Assembly: GCA_964016885.1 (NCBI GenBank)
Contig: OZ024742.1
Location: forward strand, 55,242,001 to 55,306,000
Length of the DNA: 64,000 nucleotides
Direction of reading: 5' to 3'
Source of the DNA: Eledone cirrhosa
Taxonomy: Eukaryota
Positions 1 to 13,563 of the stretch are shown here, piece after piece. The notes under the pieces were generated by a model. It made no database searches. It saw only the letters and a program-made list of their open reading frames with translations, and had not been told where the DNA came from. The translations under genes and the position numbers were made by a program. Each line of letters opens with the position of its first letter. The stretch's first letter is position 1.

Positions 1-2460
1 TAAACATATTTTCCTTATTTATTCGTATTTGTTCTGTTGTATTGTTAGCGCAAAGGTAAAATGGGAAGACTTGGAATTTGGGTGTCTTATTACTTGCGCA
101 AATGTCTAGATGTGCACTTAGTGGTATCTGTCTCGTGGTTGGATCTCGTAAATGTTGGCGATGAACTGTCATTCTGTTTCTGAGTGTGAGTTTAGTTTGT
201 CCTATATAATCTTCATTGCATCCTTTACATTTAATGGCATAAACTAGATTTTTTGATGAGCAAGTGAAGTGATTTTTTACAGTAAAATTTTGTCCTGATT
301 TAAATGTATACGTGTTGCCTTCAATGAGGTGAGTGCAGGTTCCACAATTAGAGCGACCACATTTTTTGATACTTGGTTGTGGGTTTGTGGTAGGTAATTT
401 GGCATTGGTGAGTAATGTTTTCAGTGACTTTGGTTGTCTTTTGCTTTTGATTATTTTGTGTGTTTCAAGGGCTTTTTTCATTCTTGGGTTTTGTTTTAGT
501 AGAGGGATGTTCTTGTGAATAGTGTTGTAAGCTTCCGCATTTCTTGGGTTGTGTGTTGAGATATATGATAGAATATTGGACGTACCTTGAATTTGTTTCT
601 GTTTCCGGAATTCATCAATGCCTATTGCTTTAGCCCTTTCTATTCCATTATTTATTAGTAATAGTGGGTACTCTCTCTCAAGTAGAATTTCATTTAATTC
701 TTGATGTCTTTTATTTCGCGTTTCATAATTGGAGACAATTGTGCAGATTCTTCTTGCTAGGTTAAAAGGAATGTTCGTCTTCGTGTGCTTTGGATGGTTG
801 GAGGTGAATAGCAGATATTGTTTGGAATCTGTTGGTTTGTAGTGTATGTCAGTTTCGATATTTGTGTCTTTTTTTGTGATTAAGATGTCCAGAAATGGGA
901 GTTGACCTTGGCTGTATTCCATTGTGAATTGGATGTGGTTATTGATGCCATTTATTAAGTTTTTGAAATCCTTCAGTTGGTCGAGTGTGTGGGACCAAAG
1001 AATGAGGCAATCATCCAAGTAGCGTTTCCAATTCTCTGATAAATATTTGTGGAAGTTCTATCCGTATTTTGATTTGGACTGTTCATATATCTGGACTTCT
1101 AAGTACGCCATGACTAAGTTGGCATAAGTTGGAGCGGCTTTTGTGCCCATCGCAGTCCCCGATATTTGCTTGTAAGTATTGCCATCGAAATCAAAAAAGT
1201 TGTTCTGTAGGATGAATTTTAATCCCTCGGTGATGAAGCTTTTTTCTATTCTGTCAGGTATCTCATTGGGATATTTCTCTAGCCAGAATCCTATTGCTTC
1301 TAGTCCGTATTGGTGTGGGATCGTTGTGTAGAGATTCACTACATCGAAAGACACAATAATAGTGTCGTTGTTGACATGTTTGGGGAGGTGGTTTAAGAGG
1401 TCCAGATCGTCTCTTACAAGGCTTGGTATGTGTTTCAGTATTGGTTTCAGTAGTATGTCTATAAAGTTGCTCAATCTGTGTGTTTCACATTGTGGGGCCG
1501 CTACAATTGGTCTTAATTTAAGGTCTGTGGGGTATTGTGTGTTCACGCAGGCTGAGGTGGATTGTTTACAGGCATCGTTGATTATTTTACATTTGTGGAG
1601 CTTCGGAAGTCCGTAAAGGTTGCTGGTTTTGTATTCAAAATTTGTTAAATAATCGCGTTCCTTTTTAGTTAAGTCTTCCTGGTATCGATAAATCAGTGTG
1701 TTTAATTTGGTCATTATTTTTGATTGCTGGTAGTTTTTTACTCTTTCATAGTAATTAGTATTTTGTAAGAGAGAGAACATAGAATTTTTATATTTTTCAG
1801 CCTCCATAATAACAACAGTACTTCCCTTGTCCGCTTCCTTAATTACAATGTCCGTATTGTTTTTAGTTCATGGATAATCTCCCATTCCCTTCGACTTGTG
1901 TTGGGTTTGCGTTTAGGTTGCGGTAGTTCATGGTATGGGAAGGTAGCTATGTGGTCACAAAATTTGTCCAGAACTCTGTTTCTACCTTTTGTTGGGTTGT
2001 AGCTGCTTTTATTCCGTACAATTGATTCGTCGTTATTCTCCTTGTCAAAGAATTCCTCTGTGAGACGTAATTTTCTACAGAAGTGTGAGATATCGTCATT
2101 TATCTCGTTGGGGTTAGGGTATTGTGGTGTTGAATTTCAGACCTTTGGAGAGAATTTTTACTTGTTGGGCTGAGAGGTTTGTATTTGAAATGTTAATTAT
2201 TTTCGGATTTTCAAAATCGGTTTGTGCCACCGGGTGTCGTGAGTCCTGTAGCCTTGGTCTAAAAAATGATTTTTCTGGAATGTTTTTTCATTGGTATTAT
2301 TATATCTAATGGTATTTCCTCTGTTGTTGTGTGGTCTTGTATAGAAGTTTCGGACGTATTGAGGTTCGGTTTGTTGATAGTCTGGGTCTCAATAGAAAAT
2401 CTGAACTCTGACACCCCGGCGAGCTGGCCATATTCACTGAACCAGAACATTTCTCCCAAT
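1..2460 (-). pseudogene. Penelope-like element (PLE) ORF: reverse transcriptase + C-terminal GIY-YIG endonuclease, disrupted; runs off the window start
   Basis: Minus-strand translation gives PLE motifs: LSKGLKF, IVIKEADKGSTVVIM, LYGLPKLHK, LRPIVA, SFDVVNLYT, GTAMGTKAAPTYANL, RYLDD (~1010-1024), LPFLDILI, CGRSNCGTC and VYAIKCKGCNEDYIGQT (~200-250). Frameshifts near 2130 and 1860; in-frame stop at 1058-1060. Confidence 0.93.
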
Positions 2461-2978
2461 CCCTTTTCTCTTGACCACTATCTCTCCATTGTCATAACAT
2501 TCACTATAAAGACTACAGAATAGTTTTCCAAATAAGGGCGCAAAAATGTAATAAAAACTTGTTCACGTGACAGCCAAATTTCATTTATAACCAACCAAAA
2601 AAAGCCTTCGTGAGCCTCCTTTTTTCAAGTAAAAAGAAATTCAAACACTCATATATGAAAAAAACAACCTGTGACAAACTCCCCACCCCCTCTCTTATTT
2701 GAAGAACTATTGTAACGCGAACTGGCGCGAAATTTATTATAATTATTGACAAACCAATCAAATTACTTCTCGAAAAACCAGGAATTTCGAGCCACTTTTT
2801 CCATATAAAACAAGTAACATTCAGAAACCAACCAGATGTGAGAAAAACCACAGACCCTCCATCTCAACTCACCTTTTGAAAAGCAGAAGAACTGCGAAAC
2901 CGGTAAAGGAACCAAATAAATATATATATTTAAAAAAAAAATAAGACTTCAGTTGCATTTTCGATTTCATCTCTTTTT

Positions 2979-2982
<4 letters not shown>
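2461..2982 (+). mobile_element. Probable inverted pseudo-LTR of the adjacent PLE (family A); 3' end repeated at ~40563-40700 and ~62738-62868
   Basis: Abuts the 5' side of the PLE ORF in opposite orientation, contains a hammerhead motif and ends at (TA)n. The last ~140 nt match two other loci in the window. Confidence 0.7.
2872..2909 (+). ncRNA. Type I hammerhead ribozyme, U3-A8 core variant (family A)
   Basis: cctt-TTGAAAA-gcag(aagaa)ctgc-GAAA-ccgg-TA/aagg: stem I cctt:aagg, stem II gcag:ctgc, palindromic stem III ccgg, GUA site. Confidence 0.8.
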
Positions 2983-3059
<77 letters not shown>

Positions 3060-3934
3060 TATATATAAATATGTATATATATATATGTATATATACACAT
3101 ACACATATATATATACTACCCACTTTATAAATAAATGTTTTGATGTTATATTGAAAAATTCTCTCCAACATTTTCTACTGAAAATTTTTTTTCCTTTTTA
3201 CTATTTGTTTATATATCTAAATGTAAGTATGTATGTATGTACACGTACATACATAGATGTATGTACGTTTACATACATACATACTTACATTTAAGTAAGT
3301 GCCGTACTAAGAGTGAGAAATGAAATTTCGTTTCATTCTATTACATTTATATATATTTATATATATATATTTATATATATATATATATATATATATGGTG
3401 GCTGCCAACTCGTTTTCGAGTACGGCCACTACTTTATATCCATATAGGAGAACCCCTACCGATGCACTGAACGAGTGTGACCTTTTAGTCCAGCCAGCGA
3501 CTTGAAAACTCTGGTACAAACACTACACTTGTGACAAATATTGACACATAGTGCTGGGGTCATGGTACCCTGTGACGACAAGTGCAGAGAGATCTCCTGA
3601 TATAAAGCAATGCCTGTGCCGTGAAGCTTTTATAGTGAGCAAAGGCACTGCACAAAGCCAGTCCCACTCTCTTAACCAAGATGATATTTACCAAAAAGAA
3701 GAACAAGTCAACATCATTGGATACCATCAGAGTTGCAGGTGTTATATCAGAGTTTTCCTTCTCCTAGAATTCTGCCTTGACAAAGGCTAAGGGGTCATCT
3801 CTCCCGGATATATATATATATATATATATAAACAAACAGTAAAAAGGAAAAATGTTTACATCAGTTCCACGTATACATTGTCCATATGACAGGTAAGTAT
3901 ACACACACCTATACATACAGAGAGGGAGACACAC

Positions 3935-3996
<62 letters not shown>

Positions 3997-4366
3997 TTTT
4001 TATGTGCTTAACACTTTTTCTTATTTCTTATTTCTTTTTTTTTCTTTTTTTTTCTTTTTCCTTTTAACATTTTTTTATCCTTTTTATTTATTTTTTATCT
4101 CTCTATATTATCTTCCTTTTACTTTTTTATTATATGTTTTAACTATTGTTTATACTTTTTGCTTTTGTGTGCCATCACTTGCATCTGCATCTTGTGAAAA
4201 AATCTGCCTGTACACTAGCATTCAGCTGTAGTGCTTAATGACAACCCCAACATGTGCTCTCTCCTTATTCGCCATCTCCGATCTCCCTATTTTTTTATCG
4301 TCTATTGTATTACAATTGTTTGTGTGACTTAGGTTGGTAGATCTTATACTCAGCACTGTGTTTTTG

Positions 4367-4426
4367 TTTATTAAGCTCTGATGATTCCTGCCCAATGGTA
4401 TGGATGAAACATTGTCAGCAAATAAA
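4367..4426 (+). ncRNA. Type I hammerhead ribozyme in a putative PLE 3' remnant (~3995-4465)
   Basis: gct-CTGATGA-t-tcc-tgcc(caat)ggta-t-gga-t-GAAA-c(att)g-TC/agc, with distal tttatt:aataaa pairing. Confidence 0.75.
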
Positions 4427-4484
4427 AACTCTTTGTGTATGTAAGCGTTCTTTGATTTCGTTTACATATATATATATATGTATA

Positions 4485-5052
4485 TATTTATATTTGTGTG
4501 TCTCTCTCTATATGTATAGGTGCGAGTGTGCTCGTGTACTTACCTCTTATTTGGACAATGTATACGTGGAGCTGATATTCTGAAGCAGGACAGAGGAGAA
4601 CAGATCACATGCACTGCTGTTTTATTTTATCGACAGCAGAAGGTAAAAGGTAAGGTTAACTGTTGCATGATTTGATCTGAGTGAGGAAAGTGCCAGGGAA
4701 TATAACGAACTGGCAGTATTGGTAGAGGGTCGGACGCCATGCTTTAACGCAAAGAGTAACGGCCCTTTCCATTCTGAGTTCAAATCCCGCGGAGGTTAAC
4801 TTTGCCTTTCATTCTTACGGGGTCGATAAAAATAAAGTACCAGTAATACACTGTTTAATTGCTGGCCTTGTGCCAAAAGTAGAAACTATTATTATAGCCT
4901 AGTTATAAAACATCAGTGTATGTGATCTGTTCTCCACTGTCCTACTTCACAATATTTTTACATCAGTTCAACGTGTACATTGTCCATATGTCAGGTAAGT
5001 GCACAAGCACACACGCACCTATACATATACAGAGAGAGAGACACACATAAAT
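4485..5052. repeat. Inverted pair of a ~140-bp unclassified repeat (4485-4625 and 4905-5052) flanking a SINE; third partial copy at ~3855-3940
   Basis: ggacaatgtatacgtggagctgat...gagaacagatcacatgcactg is mirrored by cagtgtatgtgatctgttctc...atcagttcaacgtgtacattgtcc. Confidence 0.7.
4710..4892 (+). mobile_element. tRNA-derived SINE (~185 bp)
   Basis: A-box-like tggcagtattggtagag, B-box gagttcaaatc, body gcctttcattcttacggggtcgataaaaataaagtaccag; about 10 copies in the window. Confidence 0.88.
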
Positions 5053-5066
5053 ATATATATATATGT

Positions 5067-5119
<53 letters not shown>

Positions 5120-5139
5120 TACCTGTCATATATATATGG

Positions 5140-5330
5140 TTGGATTAGCAGTATCGGTAGAGGGTCTGTCGCCATGCTTTGCAGCAAAGGATTACGGCCC
5201 TTTATGATCTGAGTTCAAATCCTGCCGAGGTTAACTTTGCCTTTCATCCTTACGGAGTCGATAAAATAAAGTACCAGTAATACCCTGTGATAATTGCTGT
5301 CCTTGTGCCAAAAGTAGAAACAATTATTAT
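5140..5330 (+). mobile_element. tRNA-derived SINE
   Basis: Same family as 4710-4892. Confidence 0.88.
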
Positions 5331-5344
5331 AGCCTATTCAAGGA

Positions 5345-5550
5345 CGGGGACTTGCAGTAACGGTAGACTGTTGGATAACATCCTTTGTGGCATAGCATTA
5401 TGGCCCTTTAATTTCAAATCCTGCTGAGGTAAGCTTTGCCTTTCATCCTTTCGGGGTCCATAGAATGAAGAACCAATAATGCACCCTGGTTGCGTTAATC
5501 GGCATTTGTCTCTACAAAATTGTTGGCCTTACGCCAAAATCAGACATCGT
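5345..5550 (+). mobile_element. tRNA-derived SINE, older or diverged copy
   Basis: ttcaaatcctgctgaggtaagctttgcctttcatcctttcggggtc body. Confidence 0.75.
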
Positions 5551-7513
5551 TACTATAGCCAATTCATTTAGGAGTCTGCCATTCTGCTATTAAATTATCT
5601 AAATATTTTGAAACACTTTTGTAAAAGTAATTGTAGTATGACATGCATAATAGAAAATTGTATTTAAACAATTTGGTATGTTTTATGAAATACGTATTAT
5701 AAATCCCCCAAACATGGAGTATATGTAGAACTATAAATATCATACTAAGTTATAGAGTTTATACTGTAGGTTTCATATATAATATTTCTTACATTTGCAT
5801 ATAACATTCCTTTGAAAGACTTTCGTTTATATGTAATTTCTGTGCGACATTTGATAATAAGCCATTGTGTCAACCGAATTCACGTATAATACTAATAGGA
5901 AAAATCTTTCTATTCTGTCAATTTCCCCTAATGTAAAAAGAGTTCCCTTCGATTATTGTCGTCACTAAATGACGATCAATAAATGTTCAGTCTGTATTGC
6001 ACTAATAGTTTAGTCAGTAAACTCTAGAAAATTATTTTCAGATAAACATTTCCTGAAAGATTTATAACAGGCGAGTATGAGGTGGATTTAAGACAATAAA
6101 CGGAATAATTACCCCGTTAATTTATATTATATCCATTTATCAAACACGTTAATTCGCCATACTTACATTATTTATATTTTTGCTAGCACCAAATACAATA
6201 AAGGTTATGCAAACAACACGCGTTTTACTGTATATACACATTGCTCTTGTGGTAAATGTCAGGTCAGGCAATATATGTTTCAGTTTGAATCGTGAATCTG
6301 AGAGGCATTTTCGGAAGTTTTTCAAAGCAACTTTAACATTATTGTCAAGGAGATATAGTGTAACAGTGTAAACAGTTAAACATTTTCTTTACATGTGAAA
6401 CTAATTGTTCCTGTTATGTTGATTACGGTGAGGTGACATGAAATGAAGTTTCTTATTTACAAACACAACGTGCTTATAACATAACATCAAACGCCATGTG
6501 CATTCACCTTTCGTTTAACACTAAATGAAAAGGATTTTGATTACAGCTTTATACATGAACTAGTATATGATAATAGCATATATATTAATGAAAGAATTAA
6601 AAGTACATTTAATTTTGTTTTGTTTTTATTTTATCAACACCGCCGCAATCTACATCATAGCAACATATTCCAACGAAACTTCGTTAAAAAAATATGCATT
6701 ATATATGCTACACAATGTAAATAATATATACATATGCACACGTAGATATCCATACATGGATTACTCTCTAATTGTACAACTGCAAATACATATACACACA
6801 AATAATTCGTTGTTTACATAATTGTAACCGATATCCCCAATCAAAAAGTTATGTTTGATAAGGCATTAATGGCAATATTAAATGACATAACACGAATGAG
6901 TATGGTGGAAGAAAACGAAGATAAATTGGAGTTCATAACGATTAGGGAATGTAAATCTAACAGCAGCTAATATTAATTCTATTCTTTTAAATAGTTAGTG
7001 ATTGTCCAGCTGATCCACCATTTGGTATAACATAATATTTAATGGACAAACAGCTGAAATCATCGGTTAATATAACAACGAAGGGCGTGTATGTTGCACT
7101 AATTACACAGAATGTCGGCTCGATGATCAGATTATCTGTGGGTGAAATGTAGTTACGTTGATAATGCTGATAGATATACAAAACCATATTGCCTGTGCGT
7201 ATAGGAGAGACGTGATGAATATCTTCATAAGAGAATTGGCAATATAGCTAGGCGTTATATTATAAGATTTCTATCAAATATGGCTTTAATTTCATCATCA
7301 AACCCATTATCATGAAACATTTGTTTAAACGTTGTCAGAGTTATCAATATTACTACTGTTGTCAAGAACAGCAACATCACTGTCTTCATAATTATACATG
7401 CCAGCGACAACACAAATATCAAATCCTCTTCTACTCCGACACCATCATCACCGTTACTATTCTCACCACCGCCAACACCACCATTATAAAGTCCAACACC
7501 ATCACCAGGACCA

Positions 7514-7698
7514 TCGGCAGTATCGGTAGAGGGTTGGACACCATGCTTTGACGCATAGAGTTACGGCCCTTGCCATTCTGAGTTCAAATCTTGCCGAGGT
7601 TAACTTTGCCTTTCATCCTTACGGGGTCGATAAAATAAAGTACCAGTAATGCGCTGGGATAATTGCTGGCCTTGTGCCAAAAGTAGAAACAATTATTA
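7514..7698 (+). mobile_element. tRNA-derived SINE inserted in a degenerate (CAT/CAC)n tract
   Basis: Same family as 4710-4892. Confidence 0.88.
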
Positions 7699-8378
7699 AT
7701 ATGAACAACAGGCAGAAAAGCACCACATTCTACCAGACCGCCATCATCAGCATCTTATAAATGACAAAATCTACACTGTCAATTCGACATTGTCATCATC
7801 ATAACTGTCGTCGTCATAAAGAAACTACCATTATTGTTGACTTAGCCGTCACTATCGTTGTCATTGCACTCACCAAAATTACTCATCATCATCAACAGAG
7901 CATCAACATCACCATGTGCATGAGGAACAACATCCACAACAACATCGTCAACATCATTATCCACAATATTATTTCCATCAACATCATCATCAGCATCACA
8001 AAAATCGTCATCATCATGATCAACATCATCATCATAGACTCCGATAGCGCAATCGTCTAGGTGGTAGTAACCATAGGTTTTTCTTTCACAGTTGAAAAAT
8101 GATCAATCATTCACTTTCCTTAATTAATAATACACTTTCCAGATGAGTCGATATATCAAGGATGCGATTCTATTGTTGCCATGCGACTTAGATTGATGGC
8201 TACGCTATCCAATCCAAAAAAACTTAGCGAGTAATTGATTAACTGATACATGGATAAAGCTTTCGTTCAGATTCTGGTGAACCATCTTGAAATATTAAAA
8301 CGTGGTAATTTCAACTTAATAAAATTAATCGGGTACATAGTTTCATGGGTACTCCCTTCTCTCTATTGTGTGTGTATG

Positions 8379-8416
<38 letters not shown>

Positions 8417-8476
8417 ATAATAATAAAATTGAAGACTAAAATTCTTTACTTAAACTTTAATCTGTTATTTTAATAA

Positions 8477-8520
<44 letters not shown>

Positions 8521-8533
8521 CTGTGCGCGTGCA

Positions 8534-8619
<86 letters not shown>

Positions 8620-9120
8620 TGTGTGTGTGCGTGTGCGCGCGTGTGTGCATGTGTGTGTTTGTTTGTTTCTTTGTGTAGGCGTGTCTGGATGGTCAAAGAT
8701 TTCGCTTCATAATCAGTTACCCCTTTATATTCCGACATAACACGAAACCAAATCTATTTCTATGCAAACATACATAAATATAAATCATGTAAATTTTATT
8801 TCTTGAGGAGTGAGATGTGTCTTTCTCTAGACTTGACTAATTAACACTCCAAAATAAAAAATATAATTCGTTTCTGGATTAACACAGGACACGTTTACTG
8901 AAATATTACACTCGCATTTTTGAAGCAAACTCTAGAAAAAAATTCTATTCATAACCATGTCATCATCCTCAACCAAGCGAATTATACTGTAAACATACAG
9001 CAATCTGAACCACCTCTCTCTATTTCAATTAAATTTTGAAAATCAACGAACTGGGAAACTGGAAAACCTATTGTAAATAATTATTTTTAAAATCTCCAAT
9101 TGTATTTTGAACTTTGTTTT

Positions 9121-9235
<115 letters not shown>

Positions 9236-10001
9236 CTGTGTGTGTGTGTCTAGAGAGAGAGAGGTATATGAGTGTGTGTGTGTAGAGAGAGAGAGGTATA
9301 TGAGTGTGTGTGTGTGTGTGTAGATATAAATAATCGTGAGTATACATAATCGTATATATAAAGGTGTGTGTAGGTATATATAATCGTTACAATGTCCACT
9401 ATAGTTTTAATTCGTGTTGTTACATAAACAACACCATCATTATCAGTATTTTCTACACAAATGTGTGCACTCAACCGTCTACACTTTATGATCAATGATT
9501 GCTAAAGAAAATATTCTTCGATGTCTGGCTTTCTAAATGTTATTTTATAAATCAATCTCAACAATCTGTTATAAATGGAGATTTCCGTTAACGCAAAATA
9601 TAGCAATTTACGATTTAGAATTCATTCTAGTAAAAGTAAATATAACATTTATTTACATGTCTATATGAAAGGTAAAACAAATGAAAAACCAAGTATAACT
9701 TATTCAATTTCGCTTATACCTAGTGTGGAGATCATTATTGGTTTTGTCTGAACGTATCCAATATTAGAGAATATGAAACAAGAATTTGATTCATGAGCTG
9801 TTGAATTGGATATGAATACAATACTGTAAAGTTACCGTTTTCAGCAGATTGATGAATTCCGTTCTCTAGTAAGCAGATGGCAATATCCTCAGTAAAAAAT
9901 TACATTTGCTTAGACATGCAAAATACACAATGGCATATACACTATATGCCTTTGTACATTCACAGTGATACACAAACTCACATCATCTTACATTATATAT
10001 G

Positions 10002-10195
10002 AGGGCAGTGGATCGGCAGTATCTGTAGAGCGTCAGTCACCATTCTTTGCAGCATAGAGTTATGGTCCTTTACGTTCTCGGTTCAAATTCCTCCGAGGTC
10101 GGCTTTGCCTTTCATCATCACGGGGTCGATAAAACAAAGCACCAGTAATGCACTGGGGTAATTGCTGGCCATGTGTCAAAAGTAGAAACAATTAT
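10002..10195 (+). mobile_element. tRNA-derived SINE
   Basis: Same family as 4710-4892. Confidence 0.85.
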
Positions 10196-11199
10196 ATATA
10201 TATATATATCTATATATATATTTGTCTATTTGTGTAAGGTATCAAAGGTGTACACTGATGAGTTGAGACATTTGTAGATGAAGATAATGGGAGTCACAGA
10301 CCATAAATACTCTATACGAAATGAAAACCAAGATTGCCCATTCAAATACATCTTGACTTTTAACAATTGTTTCTATAGATATAGGTGCGGTGCAAGTACA
10401 TACAACCAATGAATCCAACAGTTACAATTAATACTTTAAATGGCTTCCTGACACAAATTCTCATTTCCTCAGGAGAAACAGTAGTAAGCAAATCCGGAAA
10501 AATATAGGTAAACAATATAAATGTATAAGCAAGCATAGAAAAGGCGACGAGATCTTCTAAAATTATTGAGCAAATGCATTACATAAGCAAAGATTTGCCT
10601 ATTAGTATACACATTAGAAGGGGTGTTGTGTGGTAGAAGCATGTTGTTATAGAGAGACAAAAAAACACCTATCAGAAATAACTGGGTATATTCAAAATTA
10701 TAAAATTTTAAATTAACGATGCCATTAATATAGCGTATTCGTTTTCTAATAAGACAACAGCCACAGGTTTAACAGGGGGTCATATATTGATGTAGCGAAC
10801 CCTAGACATAATAACCCACACTACCACTAGTCATAAAGAGAAATTAAATGCCCCTTCTTCACAGTCCAGCGCCTCTGCGTCACCTTAAAGACACCCACTA
10901 AGAACATCGCATATAATGAAACGAATCACAAGACTATTTGGTTGCTTAGAGCTATGATAGCTCAACTTTGTTTCAAGGCACTTGATAAACATTTGCCCAA
11001 GTCACATAGATATTACAGGATATTCAATAGACACAAATTTATAATACCCAATAACTAAGAACCTAAGATTAACAATAGCAAATTGGAATATAAACACAAT
11101 CTAAACACGATTGCAACAGCACTTGCTCACGGTACGGAATGACGGGGGGAAACGTCTTTATTCACCCACACAAGTAGTCAACCACCCCCTATAGACATA

Positions 11200-11420
11200 A
11201 TTACAAAAAATACATACTAAAAACAATCAATGTAACTGTAGAATTCTAGCAAAATAGTCTATGTAGAATAAATGCCTCCATAAAAATGTAGTATATGAGC
11301 GTAACGTTACCACTACTGACACAACAGATATATACATTGGCGCGACATCAACCAGCTTTAAGGATAGGTGTCACAACCTACGCAACATATTTAATACTCA
11401 CCTCACATATAATAAATTAA
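11200..11420 (+). pseudogene. Highly decayed PLE GIY-YIG fragment (remnant may extend ~10250-11560)
   Basis: Translates NQCNCRILAK*SM*NKCLHKNVVYERNVTTTDTTDIYIGATSTSFKDR, homologous to 22782-23020. Confidence 0.75.
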
Positions 11421-12006
11421 TATCGATTATTTAATAATTAATACAGTAAATAGAACATGTCTGTCACAACTGAAACATTAAGATATATTTATAAATTTAC
11501 TGCGTATAACTTCATGATTCATAATATATCGTTAGGTCTGCAGTAAATATATTTTAACCCTGCTAAAACCGTTGGATTTTGCAGGCTAACTATGAATATT
11601 GCTTTGTTAAAACTCTATGAATTTCAATTTATTTTAGGAAAACTTTTAATACAAATGACGCCATTTTAAAACTATAAATTCCAAGTCATTCTAGAAAATA
11701 CTTCATCTAAATAAAGTTTTAACGCAACTGACACTATATTTTCAGGACTACGATATTGTTTGAACTATATTGTAACTGTTATTTATTTTTATCATGATAT
11801 TTTGAGGAGTGATACCTATTATCTGTTTTTCCTTTCTTGGGTGATTCCTATGGGTATATTGATAATGCTCTGATGGCACCCATAGTCTATGCTCACGGAT
11901 GGCAAATTATTCAATAAAATGTTTGGCTATATGTGTTATATCACCGTGGGAAGAAACAATTGGCAGTAATTAAATGCCTTGAACATTTAATGTTTGGTTT
12001 GTAAGC

Positions 12007-12051
<45 letters not shown>

Positions 12052-12103
12052 GCACATCCGTACTTAGATACGGCGCAAAACCATTGCAGGTATAAAGGTT
12101 TGA

Positions 12104-12137
<34 letters not shown>

Positions 12138-12988
12138 TAGTTCATTACACACAAATATGCAAATGTTCACGTACAGTCATATTATTCCTCATGCACGCTT
12201 ACATGACAGATATAATAATCGTAGTCGTCAGTGAGGTAAATGTTTCGCACAGAGTTGGTGGATAGTATTTAACAACTAATGAATCAAGGTGACTAGTGAA
12301 ACGAGGTGTTATAAGACTATTAGTAGAGCTATTTAAGGGATATGGAAGAGGTTGGTCAACCATAAGAAGGATAGTACTAAGGGCCTTTGAGGTTAAGTAG
12401 TTCATTAGACAATTTCATGTTAAAAAGTGTTGAGTACAAGGTTAAGGTCTATAAACAAAGCTAATTATATATTCCAAGAAAAGTTTTAGATACATTTTGT
12501 CTAGCTGTGTTGAAGATGTCCGAACATTTGTTGATTGTTGGAGCCCACATTAAAAGATATGTTCAGCTTCGGTAGTGTAAATATCTCGGCCATTGAAAGA
12601 TCCACTCACGTATGGTCACGTAATTGCAAGCGTTGACCAGGACAGAGACTATTGTTATCCATTCTGCTTAAGCCTCCATATCAGCCCGGATAGTTCGTGT
12701 TCCGTCCCTTATCATTACGATCAGATGTACTTAACAATAACAAAAACAACCAATACAGCTTGCCTCGCCTCAGAAGGAATTTCTATAGACCTTTGACTGG
12801 GGAATGTTCTCACAACTGACCAATGGGAGGAGAGGATTTTCTTTGACGCTGAAATTTGTTTGTTTAAATTCATAGGATCCCAGTTCCTCATAGAAACAAC
12901 AACCCAACCAGGAGCTGGGCATATCAGAGTATTGACAAAGTTAATCGCCTCAACAACATGTGTACACGTCTCTACCACACTAATTCGG

Positions 12989-13043
12989 ACTGCCTGAAGA
13001 GGTCACAGCCAAAGATGGCTATCACCGAAATATATATAGCAGT
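12989..13043 (+). ncRNA. Type I hammerhead ribozyme (family B; element ~12720-13095)
   Basis: actgc-CTGAAGA-ggt-c-acagcca(aaga)tggctat-c-acc-GAAA-tatata-TA/gcagt; second copy at 48326-48380. Confidence 0.88.
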
Positions 13044-13186
13044 AATAAACGAAGCCAAATTTCAAATATTTGACTTATTTATTTTAATCTATTTTACATT
13101 ACTCCGGAGTAACCAAACCAACCTGCGCATTTCGTGGAGTGCTCCAATCTGCATACTGAGGTGTCGGTAAACAACCAATATGTGCT

Positions 13187-13236
<50 letters not shown>

Positions 13237-13337
13237 CCAGGGAACATTTGCACGAACCAAAGTATCGTCTTCCCGTCTTCCTTCCGTTGCAACGTTTTCT
13301 GAAATATTTACTTCTGCGCTCACAGATTGATTCTTTT

Positions 13338-13388
13338 AGTTTCAGAAGATCCCGTTAAGAGTGAAAGCAGCGATTATTTGCTTAAACT
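13338..13388 (+). ncRNA. Hammerhead-like motif with CAGAAGA (U4A) core (family C; element ~13234-13405)
   Basis: agttt-CAGAAGA-t-ccc(gttaa)gag-t-GAAA-gca(gcgattatt)tgc-TT/aaact; second copy at 56496-56546. Confidence 0.65.
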
Positions 13389-13421
13389 TTAATCTGTTAT
13401 TTTAATATATATATATATATA

Positions 13422-13563
13422 TCACGAAGGAATGTGGAAAGGAGCCAGGTGGACCATAACGCTCCAGAGTACTCAATACTTCGGGTAGTAGAGTGGGTAA
13501 TAGGAAAATATTCAAGACCCCGACGGCAGAGCTCGAGCCGTTTCGACGGGTATTTCTGGACTG
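13422..13563 (-). mobile_element. Truncated 3' end of PLE family D (3' half of the hammerhead only)
   Basis: Matches 15030-15160 and 45231-45372. Confidence 0.75.

Noticed and set aside
7380-8040. His/Ile/Thr-rich ORFs
   Set aside because: Degenerate (CAT/CAC/CAA)n trinucleotide tract.
12200-12590. Possible decayed PLE C-terminus on the minus strand (ALFIDLNLVLNT)
   Set aside because: Similarity too weak to call without an alignment.
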